Shown here piece by piece: positions 26,005 to 35,106 of a DNA stretch of 64,000 bases. Numbering within the stretch: position 1 is the stretch's first letter; each line of letters starts with the position of its first letter. The DNA comes from Actinomycetota bacterium. Lineage in GTDB: Bacteria > Actinomycetota > AC-67. Under the pieces are notes generated by a model, which saw nothing but the letters and a program-made list of their open reading frames with translations, ran no database searches and was not told the origin of the DNA. The stretch covers positions 8,174 through 72,173 of the forward strand of contig DASWHR010000027.1 in assembly GCA_036398095.1 (NCBI GenBank). Reading direction: 5' to 3'. Made by a program: the position numbers and the translations under genes.

Positions 26005-27204
26005 TCAGCAGCCGGGCGGCGGCGCGACGCATTCGGCTACGGTCATTCCGGCGATCCGGATGCGCGTGAAGGCCGAGTCGTTGTCTCGTGTGAGCTGGCG
26101 AAGGACGGCCGACGGATCGACCTCGACGACGACCGCGTAGACGCCGTCGTCCAAGTTCGAGATGTCCAGATACTGGCCGGGCAGATCCCAGGTGTAGACG
26201 TCCGCCCATCCGACGTCGATGCCTTGGCGCATCTCGGTCGGGCCGGCCGCGTCGCCGCCCGGCAGGTTGCACTGCGGGAAGTGATGGTTGCGCGGACCGT
26301 TGCCGGGCAGCCCGAACCACAGAAGCCGCGTGTCGATCATGCAGAAGTCGGCTTTGCGGGAGCGCAGAATCTCGGCGCCCGGCGTGCCGTCCGTGTTGAC
26401 CGCATGCAGCCGGTATTCGGCGAAGTTCTGATAGTGGACGTGTCCGTGCGTCGCATGCCACGTGTAGGTGCCGGCATCGGTCGTGGTGCGGGTCCCGTCG
26501 GCGGCGTAGACGTCCTGCCACACCACCGGATCGGTCGCCGCCGAGGCCGCGTCCAAGCGAAGCTCGAACGGTCCGTGTCCGAGGTTGGCGACCGCCGAGT
26601 CGAAGCGCAGGCAGCGAGTGAGCGACGGGTTTTCGGCGAGCTCGTCCGGATAGCACCCGCCGGTGTCTTGATATTCGACCGGCGTGAACGACAGCGCACC
26701 GGCCGCGATCTTGAACTCGGCGGGCGCGAGCGCGACAAGGTCTGGCTTCAGCGGATCGGTTCGCGTCGTGTCCAGCTCGACTTGCGCGATGCCGTCGTAG
26801 TTCGAGTCGATCGCCACCGCGGTGGGGATGACGACGACGTGGTAGAGGCCGTTCGCCGGCTCGCGCATGATCAGCGCTTCGGCCGAGGTGGGAAAGCCGG
26901 TCGCCGACGCGACCGTGGCGCCCGAGGCGTTGAGCACGTACAGGTCGAACACGTTGTATTCGCTGAACCAGCGGATCGCGACTTCGACGCCGCCGTCGTG
27001 GGTGTCCCAATAGCCGGCCGGCAGGTCGATCGTCAGATCGAAGCGGTCGGGCAGCGGCACGTCGCTCGTCGTCCAGGTGCGGCCGGTCCAGGCGAGCGTC
27101 GCCGACGGGTCCGACAGCGTCCCCTGATCGGGCGATGCGGCCGATGCGGGAAGCAGCACTCCGGCCAGCGCCAGCGCCGACAGCAGGATCAACACGCGTC
27201 GCAT
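26005..27204 (-). CDS. secreted lysyl-oxidase-like (LOX catalytic-domain) copper amine oxidase family protein
   Basis: Signal peptide MRRVLILLSALALAGVLLPASA. The motif YTWHATHGHVHYQNFAEY has the W-H-x2-H-x-H-x-H-Y spacing of the LOX copper site (WEWHSCHQHYH). About 399 aa. Confidence 0.6.
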   Translation of the reverse strand: MRRVLILLSALALAGVLLPASAASPDQGTLSDPSATLAWTGRTWTTSDVPLPDRFDLTIDLPAGYWDTHDGGVEVAIRWFSEYNVFDLYVLNASGATVASATGFPTSAEALIMREPANGLYHVVVIPTAVAIDSNYDGIAQVELDTTRTDPLKPDLVALAPAEFKIAAGALSFTPVEYQDTGGCYPDELAENPSLTRCLRFDSAVANLGHGPFELRLDAASAATDPVVWQDVYAADGTRTTTDAGTYTWHATHGHVHYQNFAEYRLHAVNTDGTPGAEILRSRKADFCMIDTRLLWFGLPGNGPRNHHFPQCNLPGGDAAGPTEMRQGIDVGWADVYTWDLPGQYLDISNLDDGVYAVVVEVDPSAVLRQLTRDNDSAFTRIRIAGMTVAECVAPPPGC

Positions 27205-27214
27205 GAATGCCTCC

Positions 27215-28054
27215 TCACAGAAGGATGCGGGGATCGTTGGTGATAACGCCGTCCACGCCCAGCGCGATCATCCGGGCCGCGTCGGCCGCGGAATCCACGG
27301 TCCAGGTGATGACGCGCCGGCCGAGCAGGTGCGCGGCGGCGACGCCTTCGGCGGTGAAATCGGCCGCCTCAAAGTCGGGCGCCGAGATCTCATAGCCGCG
27401 CGCCGTCGCATAGACCGCGTTCTCGGTCAGCAGGAATCCCAGGTCCGAGGTCGTCAGCAGCATCGTGTCGAGCGCCGGATCGAGCAACTCGACGCGGTCC
27501 AGCGCCGGCGGCCAGAACGACTGCACGATGATCCGATCCTTCGGGTACCCCGACGAGCCGATGAGCGCGACGAGCGCGTCGGCGACGAGCGTTCCGGCCG
27601 GATCGAAGTTGGTCTCGCCGGGAATGTCTTTGATCTCGATCATCACACCCCACGCGGGCGATGCCTGCATGCCGCGTGCCAGAACATCGGCAAGCAGCGG
27701 CACCGGCTCGAAGCCGAACGACGGCCGCCACCGCTTCGCCGCGTCGCACTCCGTGGCGCTGTAGGTCCAGTCGATGACCGGGCCGGCGCACGTCGTGGTG
27801 CGGTCGAGCGTGTCATCGTGAATCAGCACCAGCGCGCCGTCCGCGGTCGCTTGCGTGTCCATCTCGAGCCAGCCGTCCACGCCGGCGCCGGCGAACAGCG
27901 CGGCCGCGTTCTCGAAGGCCGCCATCGTGTTTTCGGGTGCGATCGATGCGCCGCCGCGATGCGCGTAGACGGTGACCGGCGACGCCGCGGCGGGTACGGC
28001 CTGAAGCGTGGCGGCGGCGACCGGAAGCAGGCAGAGCAGGGTTCGGATTCTCAC
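27215..28054 (-). CDS. glycerophosphodiester phosphodiesterase (GDPD family), secreted
   Basis: Signal peptide, then VYAHRGGASIAPENTMAAF (HR...PENT) and EMDTQATADGALVLIHDDTLDRTT, which are GDPD catalytic motifs. Confidence 0.85.
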   Translation of the reverse strand: MRIRTLLCLLPVAAATLQAVPAAASPVTVYAHRGGASIAPENTMAAFENAAALFAGAGVDGWLEMDTQATADGALVLIHDDTLDRTTTCAGPVIDWTYSATECDAAKRWRPSFGFEPVPLLADVLARGMQASPAWGVMIEIKDIPGETNFDPAGTLVADALVALIGSSGYPKDRIIVQSFWPPALDRVELLDPALDTMLLTTSDLGFLLTENAVYATARGYEISAPDFEAADFTAEGVAAAHLLGRRVITWTVDSAADAARMIALGVDGVITNDPRILL

Positions 28055-28106
28055 GAACGTGACTTTCTCCGCCGCCGGACCCGATTCCTGCCCTTAATCT
28101 CGGCCG

Positions 28107-28787
28107 TTATGCCGCAGCCTTCGCCTGCTCGATGAACTGCTCGATAGTCGCGACCGGCAAAGCGCCGACCGCGCGGGCGGCCACGCGCCCCCGCGCGTCG
28201 AGGAATACGAACGCGGGGAAGCTCGACATGCCGTAGGCCCCGAGCGCGGTGCTGGATTCGTCGTCGGCCAAGACCGGGACCGTCCAGCCTTCCCGTTCCA
28301 GCCAGGCCTTCGGCGGGAAGTTGCCGCGCACCTCGCTCACCGAGGTCGAGACCGAGACCACTTCGATCCCAGCCGGCGCGCCCTTTTCGGCGAGCCAGGC
28401 TTGGACGACCGGCACCTCCTTCTGGCACACGTGACACCAGTGGGCGATGAACATGATTACCTTCGGCGTGCCGTCGCGGGTGATCGCGATTGCGTCGCCG
28501 TCGAAGGTCGTGCCGCGCATCTCGGGTGCGAGCGCGCCGGCGGCCGGGTCTGGGGCGCCGCCCGAGGGGAAGTCGGGCAGCGCCTCGCCGGTCACGCTCA
28601 CATCCGAGCCGAACGCCGATCCGCCGGTGCCGTCCCCGCCCGACGTCACCACGACCGCGACCATCGCCGCGGCGGCGACGACGGCGAGGGCGATCCATCC
28701 GACGGGCGCTCGCCGCGAACCCCGCCGCTTCGCCTTAGCGCGCGCCTTCTGTCGCGAAATCTGCCGTCCGGCCGTCTTCGTGCTCAT
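28107..28787 (-). CDS. TlpA/ResA-like thiol:disulfide oxidoreductase (thioredoxin fold, membrane-anchored)
   Basis: N-terminal TM followed by a thioredoxin fold with WCHVCQ (CxxC). The start may be downstream of 28787, because that start overlaps the dsbB-like gene by 53 bp. Confidence 0.8.
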   Translation of the reverse strand: MSTKTAGRQISRQKARAKAKRRGSRRAPVGWIALAVVAAAAMVAVVVTSGGDGTGGSAFGSDVSVTGEALPDFPSGGAPDPAAGALAPEMRGTTFDGDAIAITRDGTPKVIMFIAHWCHVCQKEVPVVQAWLAEKGAPAGIEVVSVSTSVSEVRGNFPPKAWLEREGWTVPVLADDESSTALGAYGMSSFPAFVFLDARGRVAARAVGALPVATIEQFIEQAKAAA

Positions 28788-29355
28788 CGGTGGTCTCCTC
28801 GTCGAGAGTGTCGGGGCCCCGTCGCGGCAGCGTCAGCATCAGCACCGCGATCAGCGCGAACGCCGACAGAGCCATGAACGGAATCGAGATGTAATGGAAC
28901 TTCCAGATCCAGACCAGCGTGCAGGGCGCCTCGAGATCACACGAGACCGTCGACTGCGCCGGGAATCGTTCGAGTTGATAGTGGTAGATCGAAAGCAGCG
29001 CGCCGGCGATCGCCAGCGGCAACGCAAACCGCCGGATCGATGCGTCCCGCTTGATCCACGCCACGCCCAGCAGCAGCGTCATCGGGTACATCGCGATCCG
29101 TTGGTACCAGCACAGGCGGCACGGCGTGAAATGCGCGACCTCCGAGTAATACAGGCTGCCGGCCGTCGCGACGGCGGCCGCGACCCACGCGAAGCCGATC
29201 GCCGACGGCCGCAGAGATTCGGCGGCGCCGCGCAAGCGTGCGGCCCACGCGGGCGAGCGGCGCGCGGCGACCCATAGCCCGAGCGCCGCGACCACGAACA
29301 GGTTCGCGGCGACGGTCAGCAGGGCAAAGAACATCGAGAACGTGTCGGTCGTCAT
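28735..29355 (-). CDS. DsbB/BdbC-family disulfide bond formation protein
   Basis: Four-TM protein with Cys pairs (CRLCWYQRIAMYPM ... VSCDLEAPC). Trimmed to the ATG at 29355. Upstream of, and probably co-transcribed with, the TlpA-like gene. Confidence 0.7.
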   Translation of the reverse strand: MTTDTFSMFFALLTVAANLFVVAALGLWVAARRSPAWAARLRGAAESLRPSAIGFAWVAAAVATAGSLYYSEVAHFTPCRLCWYQRIAMYPMTLLLGVAWIKRDASIRRFALPLAIAGALLSIYHYQLERFPAQSTVSCDLEAPCTLVWIWKFHYISIPFMALSAFALIAVLMLTLPRRGPDTLDEETTDEHEDGRTADFATEGAR

Positions 29356-29491
29356 CGCCCGAAGTTTCGGTGGAATCGGGTGCGAGCGGCAGGGTCGTTC
29401 GGTCCCGGGACATCCGGGCCGTCCGGCCCTCAAAGCGCACGAAAGGGCACCATCCGGCGGATCGGATGCGCCCCCGGTAGCATCTGGGGCC

Positions 29492-30322
29492 ATGTTGATC
29501 TCCGCGAAGCTTGCCCCAACGTTCGACTACGCAACGCTCACCGAGTTCTGGACCACGGCCGACGAGGCCGGCTACCACGCCGTCTGGAACTACGACCATT
29601 TCTACGGGCTCGGCCAGCAAGCCCAAGATCACGAAGCGCCGACGCTGGAGGGCTGGACGACGCTGGCGGCGATGGCGGTGCTCGTGAAGCGAGCGCGTAT
29701 CGGCTGCATGGTGACCGGCGTGACCTACCGGCATCCGTCGGTGCTCGCCAACATGGCCATCACCGTCGATCACATCTCGGGTGGCCGGCTGGAGCTGGGG
29801 ATGGGCGCCGCCTGGCACGAGGCCGAACACGCGGGCCTGGGCATCGAGTTTCCGCCGCCGGGGGAGCGGGTCGCGCGTCTCGCCGAGGCGCTGACCGTGA
29901 TCAAGGCGCTCATGACCGAAGACCGCGCGAACTTCGAGGGCCGCTACTACACGCTGCGCGACGCGATCACCCAACCCAAGCCGGTGCAGCGGCCGCGGCC
30001 GCCGATCGTCGTCGGCGGCGTCCAGCCCAAAATGCTGAAGGTCATCGCCGAGCACGCCGACGAATGGAATGTGCCCGGCGCCGATCCCGAGATGTGGGCG
30101 ACGCTGTCGAAGCAGATCGACGACAACTGCGCCTCGATCGGCCGCGATCCGGGGCAGGTTCGCCGCGGCGTGCAACTGTTCATTCATCCCGCCGTCGACG
30201 GACAACCCGAAGAGCAGCTCGCCATGCTGCCCGCCTACGAGGACAAAGGATGCGAACACGTCGTGCTCTCCTTCTACCAGCCGCCCTCCCGCGACCTGCT
30301 CGAGCGATGCGCGCCCAAGTAG
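29492..30322 (+). CDS. LLM-class (luciferase-like) F420-dependent oxidoreductase
   Basis: TIM-barrel LLM motifs: YHAVWNYDHF, GRLELGMGAAW, PPIVVGG. Trimmed to the ATG at 29492. Confidence 0.75.
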   Translation: MLISAKLAPTFDYATLTEFWTTADEAGYHAVWNYDHFYGLGQQAQDHEAPTLEGWTTLAAMAVLVKRARIGCMVTGVTYRHPSVLANMAITVDHISGGRLELGMGAAWHEAEHAGLGIEFPPPGERVARLAEALTVIKALMTEDRANFEGRYYTLRDAITQPKPVQRPRPPIVVGGVQPKMLKVIAEHADEWNVPGADPEMWATLSKQIDDNCASIGRDPGQVRRGVQLFIHPAVDGQPEEQLAMLPAYEDKGCEHVVLSFYQPPSRDLLERCAPK

Positions 30323-30990
30323 CGGCCGTCGCGCTTGCGCTGGCGCTCGGCTCGTGCGGCGGCGGCGGGACGAAAAGCACCGACGCGCCGCTTGAGGGCG
30401 CGCAACTGGTGGTGGACGTCAAGGGCGACCACGCGAACGCGCTCAACGCCGACGGCGTGAAGCCGAAGAACCCGCCGGCCGCCGCCGACATCACCGGCGT
30501 GCGCCTGGACGCCGATACCGACTCGCTGACGGTCCGGATCGCGATCGGCGGCTCGCCGATGACGAACCTCGCCGCCGACTCGATGCAAGGACCGGCATGG
30601 TTCGCGCAGATCTGGGCCGACGCGATCTCGGCCACGCCCGCCTACTTCATGGCGATCGTCCGCGACGGCGAGGCGAAGGAGGAAGGCGGCACCATCACCG
30701 GCTGGCGGTTGTCGGTCTGCCCCGGCGTGGACGTGTGCGAGACTCCGGCCGAGGGAGCGACGCTCAAGATCACTGCGTCCGAAGTGCGGGCCGACATTCC
30801 GCTGACGCTGCTCTCCAATCTGAAGAATCCGTTCACGTGGGCGATGCTCTCGTACTGGAACGAGACGCAAGATCCGGTGCAGGCCCACAGCGACTGGGTG
30901 CCGGAAGCGGCGCGCCCCGGGCCCGGCGCGACCACCTACTCCGCGCCCGAGACTCGCGCGACCTTCCCGCCACAAGACCAAAAGAAATGA
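30307..30990 (+). CDS. lipoprotein, unknown function
   Basis: Lipobox LALGSCGGGG. The ATG at 30307 overlaps the end of the LLM gene by 16 bp. About 227 aa. Confidence 0.55.
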   Translation: MRAQVAAVALALALGSCGGGGTKSTDAPLEGAQLVVDVKGDHANALNADGVKPKNPPAAADITGVRLDADTDSLTVRIAIGGSPMTNLAADSMQGPAWFAQIWADAISATPAYFMAIVRDGEAKEEGGTITGWRLSVCPGVDVCETPAEGATLKITASEVRADIPLTLLSNLKNPFTWAMLSYWNETQDPVQAHSDWVPEAARPGPGATTYSAPETRATFPPQDQKK

Positions 30991-32147
30991 CCGACCGGCT
31001 GATCGTCGCCACCGGACTGTCCACCGACGCGGACGGCGTGGCGGCGGCGGCCGAAGCGGCCTCGGCGGCCGCGCGCGGCCTGAACGGCGCCTCGTGCGAT
31101 CTGGCTGCGATCTTCGTGTCGGCCGCGCACGCCGACGCGGCCGTCGAGATCGCCGCGGCGATCCACGTCGCGCTGCAGCCGGGCGCGCTGATCGGCGCCA
31201 CCGCCGGCACCGTCGCCGAAGGGGCGCGCGAAGTGGAGGATCGTCCGGCGATCGCGGTCTGGGCGGCGCATCTGCCCGGCACCACCGTCGAGCCGTTCTC
31301 GGTCGAGTTCACCGAAACGCCCGACGGTCCGACGTTCCTCGGCTGGCCGGCGCCGCCGGCCGACGCGGCCGTGATCGTGCTCGCCGACCCGTACACGGTT
31401 CCGGTCGACCGCCTCCTTTCGCGCGTCAACGACGAGCAACCCGGGCTGACCATCGTCGGCGGTCTTGCCTCCGGCGCATCGCGGCCGGGCGGACATCGCA
31501 TCTGGCAGGGCGACGAGGTCGCAAACGGCGGCGCCGCCGGCGTCGTGATTCGCGGCCGGGTCGGTGTGCGCGCGCTCGTGTCGCAAGGATGCCGCCCGAT
31601 CGGCACGCCGGCGACCGTCACGAATGCCGAGCGCAACCTGATCGTCGAGCTGGCCGGCCTTCCCCCGATCGAGCGTCTCCGCGACCTGTGGATCGAAGCC
31701 TCTCCCGACGACCGCGCCCTGATCCAGCGCGGCCTGCACATCGGCCGCGTCGTCGACGAATACAAGACCGAGTTCGAGCGCGGCGACTTCCTGATCCGAA
31801 ACGTGATGGGCGCCGACGAATCCACCGGCGCGATGGCCGTCGGGGATCTGGTCGGCGTCGGCGAAACTGTCCAATTCCATGTGCGCGACGCCGCGAGCGC
31901 GGATGAGGATCTGCGCAGGGCGGCCGCGTCGGTCGAGCCGCCGGCCGGCGCGATGCTGTTCACCTGCAACGGCCGCGGTTCGCATCTGTTCGGCGCGCCC
32001 GATCACGACGCCGGCGTGCTCGCCGCAGCCTGGCGGGCGCCGCTCGCCGGCATGAGTTGCTCGGGCGAGATCGGACCGGTGGGCGGCCGCGCCTTCCTGC
32101 ACGGCTTCACCGCATCGGTCGCGCTGTTCTATGACCGCACGTCGTAG
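30987..32147 (+). CDS. FIST-domain (FIST_N/FIST_C) sensory protein
   Basis: ATGA overlap with the upstream stop. About 386 aa. The architecture is consistent with FIST N and C domains. This is a family-level call from memory. Confidence 0.5.
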   Translation: MTDRLIVATGLSTDADGVAAAAEAASAAARGLNGASCDLAAIFVSAAHADAAVEIAAAIHVALQPGALIGATAGTVAEGAREVEDRPAIAVWAAHLPGTTVEPFSVEFTETPDGPTFLGWPAPPADAAVIVLADPYTVPVDRLLSRVNDEQPGLTIVGGLASGASRPGGHRIWQGDEVANGGAAGVVIRGRVGVRALVSQGCRPIGTPATVTNAERNLIVELAGLPPIERLRDLWIEASPDDRALIQRGLHIGRVVDEYKTEFERGDFLIRNVMGADESTGAMAVGDLVGVGETVQFHVRDAASADEDLRRAAASVEPPAGAMLFTCNGRGSHLFGAPDHDAGVLAAAWRAPLAGMSCSGEIGPVGGRAFLHGFTASVALFYDRTS

Positions 32148-32163
32148 GCGGGGTGCGGCGGAT

Positions 32164-32790
32164 ATGCTGCCCGCGATGCTGCTGTTTCTCATACGACACG
32201 CGATGACGCCGGTCACCGGCGTGAAGCTCGCCGGCTGGTCGCCCGTTCCGCTGTCCGCAGAGGGCGTGCGGCAGGCCGGCGCGATGGCGCAACGCTTCGC
32301 GTCGATTCCGCTGGATGCGATCTACTCGTCGCCGGTCGAGCGTGCCGTTCAAACCGCCAAGCCGCTCGCGGCCGTCAAGAAGATGCGGCTGCGAATCCGG
32401 CCGGGCCTCGGCGAGGTCCGCTACGGCGACTGGGAAGGCCGCCCGCTCAAACAGCTCGCCAAGACGCAGCATTGGCGCGACGTGATCGCCCATCCCTCCG
32501 AGGGACGTTTCCCCGGCGGCGAAGCGCTGCGCGAGACGTCGGCGCGTGTCGTGGCGGCCACGGCCGAAGTCGCCGCCGCCCACCCGAACGGTGCGGCCGC
32601 CATCGTGTCGCACGCCGATGGGATCAAGATGATCCTCGCCCACTATGCCGGCATCCACCTCGACCTGTACGCGCGGCTTGCGATCGGTCCGGCGTCGGTG
32701 AGCGCCGTGTGGGTCGGCAACGGCGCCCCGCGAATCCTGAAGATCAACGACAGCGGCTCGCTCGACGAGCTTGCCCCGAGGAAGCGATGA
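32164..32790 (+). CDS. histidine-phosphatase (PGAM-like) family putative phosphomutase (MSMEG_4193-like)
   Basis: N-terminal LFLIRHAMT resembles the RHG catalytic motif. About 208 aa. It lies immediately upstream of DUF3090 and SCO1664-family genes, as in the conserved actinobacterial triad. Confidence 0.6.
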   Translation: MLPAMLLFLIRHAMTPVTGVKLAGWSPVPLSAEGVRQAGAMAQRFASIPLDAIYSSPVERAVQTAKPLAAVKKMRLRIRPGLGEVRYGDWEGRPLKQLAKTQHWRDVIAHPSEGRFPGGEALRETSARVVAATAEVAAAHPNGAAAIVSHADGIKMILAHYAGIHLDLYARLAIGPASVSAVWVGNGAPRILKINDSGSLDELAPRKR

Positions 32791-33356
32791 GCACATCTTT
32801 CGAATTGGATCCCGTATCGCGCATCACCGCCGGCGCCGTCGGCGAGCCCGGCAACCGCACCTTCTACATTCAGGCGCGAAAGGATGAGCTGCTGGTCACG
32901 CTGCTGGCCGAGAAGCAGCAAGTGCAAGTCCTGGCGACGACGCTCGCGCAACTGCTGGAAACGCTCGATCCGATCGACGACGAAGGCGTCCCGCCGGCAT
33001 CGGATGATCTCGAGTTGGAAGATCCGCTGCTTCCCGAATGGCGGATCGGCCCGATGGCGATCGAAGTCGAAGAAGACACCGGCATGATGGTCTTCGTCGC
33101 CGAAGAGGTTCCGGCCGGCGACGACGCCGACGACGAGGACGAAGCCGGCATCGCAGCCTCCATCGAAGAGGAGACCGTCGCCGATCTCGCGCACGCTCGC
33201 TTCGTCGCGACCCGCGCGCAGATGAAAGCGCTTGCCGAGCATGCCGAGATCGTCTGTTCGGCCGGCCGGCCTCGGTGCCAATTGTGCGGCTTCCCGATGG
33301 ACCCCGACGGGCACGTATGTCCCGCGACGAACGGTCATCGTTCCCCCGAGTTGTGA
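32787..33356 (+). CDS. DUF3090-domain protein
   Basis: ATGA overlap with the upstream gene. There is an acidic middle region and a C-terminal CQLCGFPMDPDGHVCP zinc-ribbon-like motif typical of DUF3090. Confidence 0.6.
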   Translation: MSTSFELDPVSRITAGAVGEPGNRTFYIQARKDELLVTLLAEKQQVQVLATTLAQLLETLDPIDDEGVPPASDDLELEDPLLPEWRIGPMAIEVEEDTGMMVFVAEEVPAGDDADDEDEAGIAASIEEETVADLAHARFVATRAQMKALAEHAEIVCSAGRPRCQLCGFPMDPDGHVCPATNGHRSPEL

Positions 33357-34069
33357 GCGAGGCGACCGACTCCGCCGCGATCCGCATCCTGGAACGCGGT
33401 GCAATCGAAGTCCTGGGAGCGTTGCCGAACGCCTCCAACCACACGTTTCTGGCTCGTGTCACGGATGGGGACGCCGCCGTGCGTGCCGTCTACAAGCCGC
33501 GCGACGGCGAATCGCCGCTGTGGGACTTCCCCGACGGGACGCTCTGGCAGCGCGAGATCGCCGCGTGGCACGTGTCGGAGCGGCTCGGCTTTGGGTTCGT
33601 GCCGCCCACGCTCGCGCGCGAGGGGCCCTACGGGATCGGCTCGGTGCAACTGTTCGTCGACCACGATCCGAGCATGCATTACCTCAACATGCCGCCCGAG
33701 TTCGACGATCTGTTCCGCCTGGTCTGCCTGTTCGATCTGCTGATCAACAACGCCGACCGCAAGGCCGGGCATTGTCTGCTGGATCCGAAGACGAGCCGTA
33801 TCTGGATGGTGGACCACGGGGTGTCGTTCCACGAGGACACGAAGGTGCGGACGGTGATCTGGGATTTCGCCGGTGAGCCGATGCCGCCGGTCGGGCTCGA
33901 CGCGGTGCGGCGGTTCTGCGCCGATGTTGCGGCCGACCCGGGGCCGCTGGAGGCGCTGCTGTCGCGGGGCGAGCTGGTCGCGCTCGGGCGTCGCGCGGAA
34001 CGGATCGTCGCGGCCGGCGTGTTTCCCGACCCGGGTCCCGGCCGCCCCTTCCCTTGGCCGCCGGTCTAG
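33317..34069 (+). CDS. SCO1664-family protein (TIGR03843-like)
   Basis: HTFLARVTDGDAAVRAVYKP...LFDLLINNADRKAGHCL...WMVDHGVSFH is characteristic of the SCO1664 family. Start is ATG 33317 or GTG 33353; the GTG overlaps the upstream stop (GTGA). Confidence 0.6.
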   Translation: MSRDERSSFPRVVSEATDSAAIRILERGAIEVLGALPNASNHTFLARVTDGDAAVRAVYKPRDGESPLWDFPDGTLWQREIAAWHVSERLGFGFVPPTLAREGPYGIGSVQLFVDHDPSMHYLNMPPEFDDLFRLVCLFDLLINNADRKAGHCLLDPKTSRIWMVDHGVSFHEDTKVRTVIWDFAGEPMPPVGLDAVRRFCADVAADPGPLEALLSRGELVALGRRAERIVAAGVFPDPGPGRPFPWPPV

Positions 34070-34074
34070 ACCCT

Positions 34075-35106
34075 CTACAGCGAGATCGTCAGCTCGACGA
34101 CGGGAACGTCGACGACCAGGATCGGGTCGTCGGAATTCAGCGGGATCTCGATCAGCGGCTTCGGCGGCTCGGCCGGCTTCCGCGTGGATGCCTTCGGCGT
34201 GGTGGCGGCCGGCTGCTTGACGGTCGCGCTACGCGCGGCTCGCGGCTTCGGCGCGACCGGGGCCGGCGCGGCCGGCGCGGCCGGAACTTCGGCGCCAAAC
34301 TCGGCGCCAAATTCGCCGCCGGTCGGGTGGCCGACGCTCAGCACGTCAAGGTTCAGCGCGCTCAGAAGATTGCGGACCAGATTCACGACCGAGCCGACCA
34401 GATCGGTGGGGGTCGGAGCGGGCGAGGCCGCGGACGGCGCGGACGTTCGGGCGCCGAATATGGGCGTGATTCCGCCGGTCGGCTGCGCGACCGGCGCGGC
34501 CGTCGCAGCGGGTGCGGCCGGGTTCGGCCGCCGGGTCTCGCGGATTCCCAGAACCTGCGTGCGTCGCGTGGGTTGCGTGCCGGGCGTCGTCGCCGTTGGA
34601 CGCACGGACGGCGTCGCCTGCTCGCCGTTCGTCGGCGGCGTGCTCGGCGGGAACGTGTTGGCGACGGTCGGGATCGGAGTGATCGCCGTGCCGCCCCCCG
34701 GAACGCGGTCGCCGCGCGTCGTCGTGAAGAACACCGTTGCCACCAGCACCAGCACCGCAGCGGCCGCCGCGCCGCCGATCTGCCACAGGCGTGCCGCGTC
34801 GCCGCGTCCGAGCAAGCGGCTCATCAGTCGCGCGCGCATGTCGCCCGGCAGTGGCCGAGGCGCGTCCAGGTCGTCGAAGTGAGCCGCGAAGCGCTCGTTG
34901 TGCTCTTCGCCGGTCAATACGTCGGTCAGGCGCGTGCGCATGTCCGTCGGGAGGCGCTTGGGGCGGTCGAGGATGTAGAGCAAGTTTTCGTCGGCCGGCG
35001 CGAGCGTGCTCGCGACCAGCGCGCCTTCCAGGCGCTCGCGCATCCGCGCAGGAATCGGTCGCGGCGCGTCGGCACCGCGAAGCAGCGTCGCCGTCCGGTC
35101 AGCCAC
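34075..35106 (-). CDS. putative anti-sigma factor: repeat-containing cytoplasmic domain, one TM, Pro/Thr/Ala-rich ectodomain
   Basis: Its start overlaps the ECF sigma stop by 8 bp. The N-terminus has three copies of P[RK]x[LI]PxxMRxRLxxxL. The TM is LWQIGGAAAAAVLVLVATVFF. The rest is low-complexity PT-rich sequence ending ...ILVVDVPVVELTISL. Confidence 0.5.
   Translation of the reverse strand: MADRTATLLRGADAPRPIPARMRERLEGALVASTLAPADENLLYILDRPKRLPTDMRTRLTDVLTGEEHNERFAAHFDDLDAPRPLPGDMRARLMSRLLGRGDAARLWQIGGAAAAAVLVLVATVFFTTTRGDRVPGGGTAITPIPTVANTFPPSTPPTNGEQATPSVRPTATTPGTQPTRRTQVLGIRETRRPNPAAPAATAAPVAQPTGGITPIFGARTSAPSAASPAPTPTDLVGSVVNLVRNLLSALNLDVLSVGHPTGGEFGAEFGAEVPAAPAAPAPVAPKPRAARSATVKQPAATTPKASTRKPAEPPKPLIEIPLNSDDPILVVDVPVVELTISL

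Noticed and set aside
29380-30990. 536-aa + strand ORF spanning the LLM oxidoreductase and lipoprotein genes
   Set aside because: It reads through two genes that are well supported in another frame. Its translation is low-complexity Arg/Ala/Pro. Only its last ~230 aa (from 30307) are the real lipoprotein frame.
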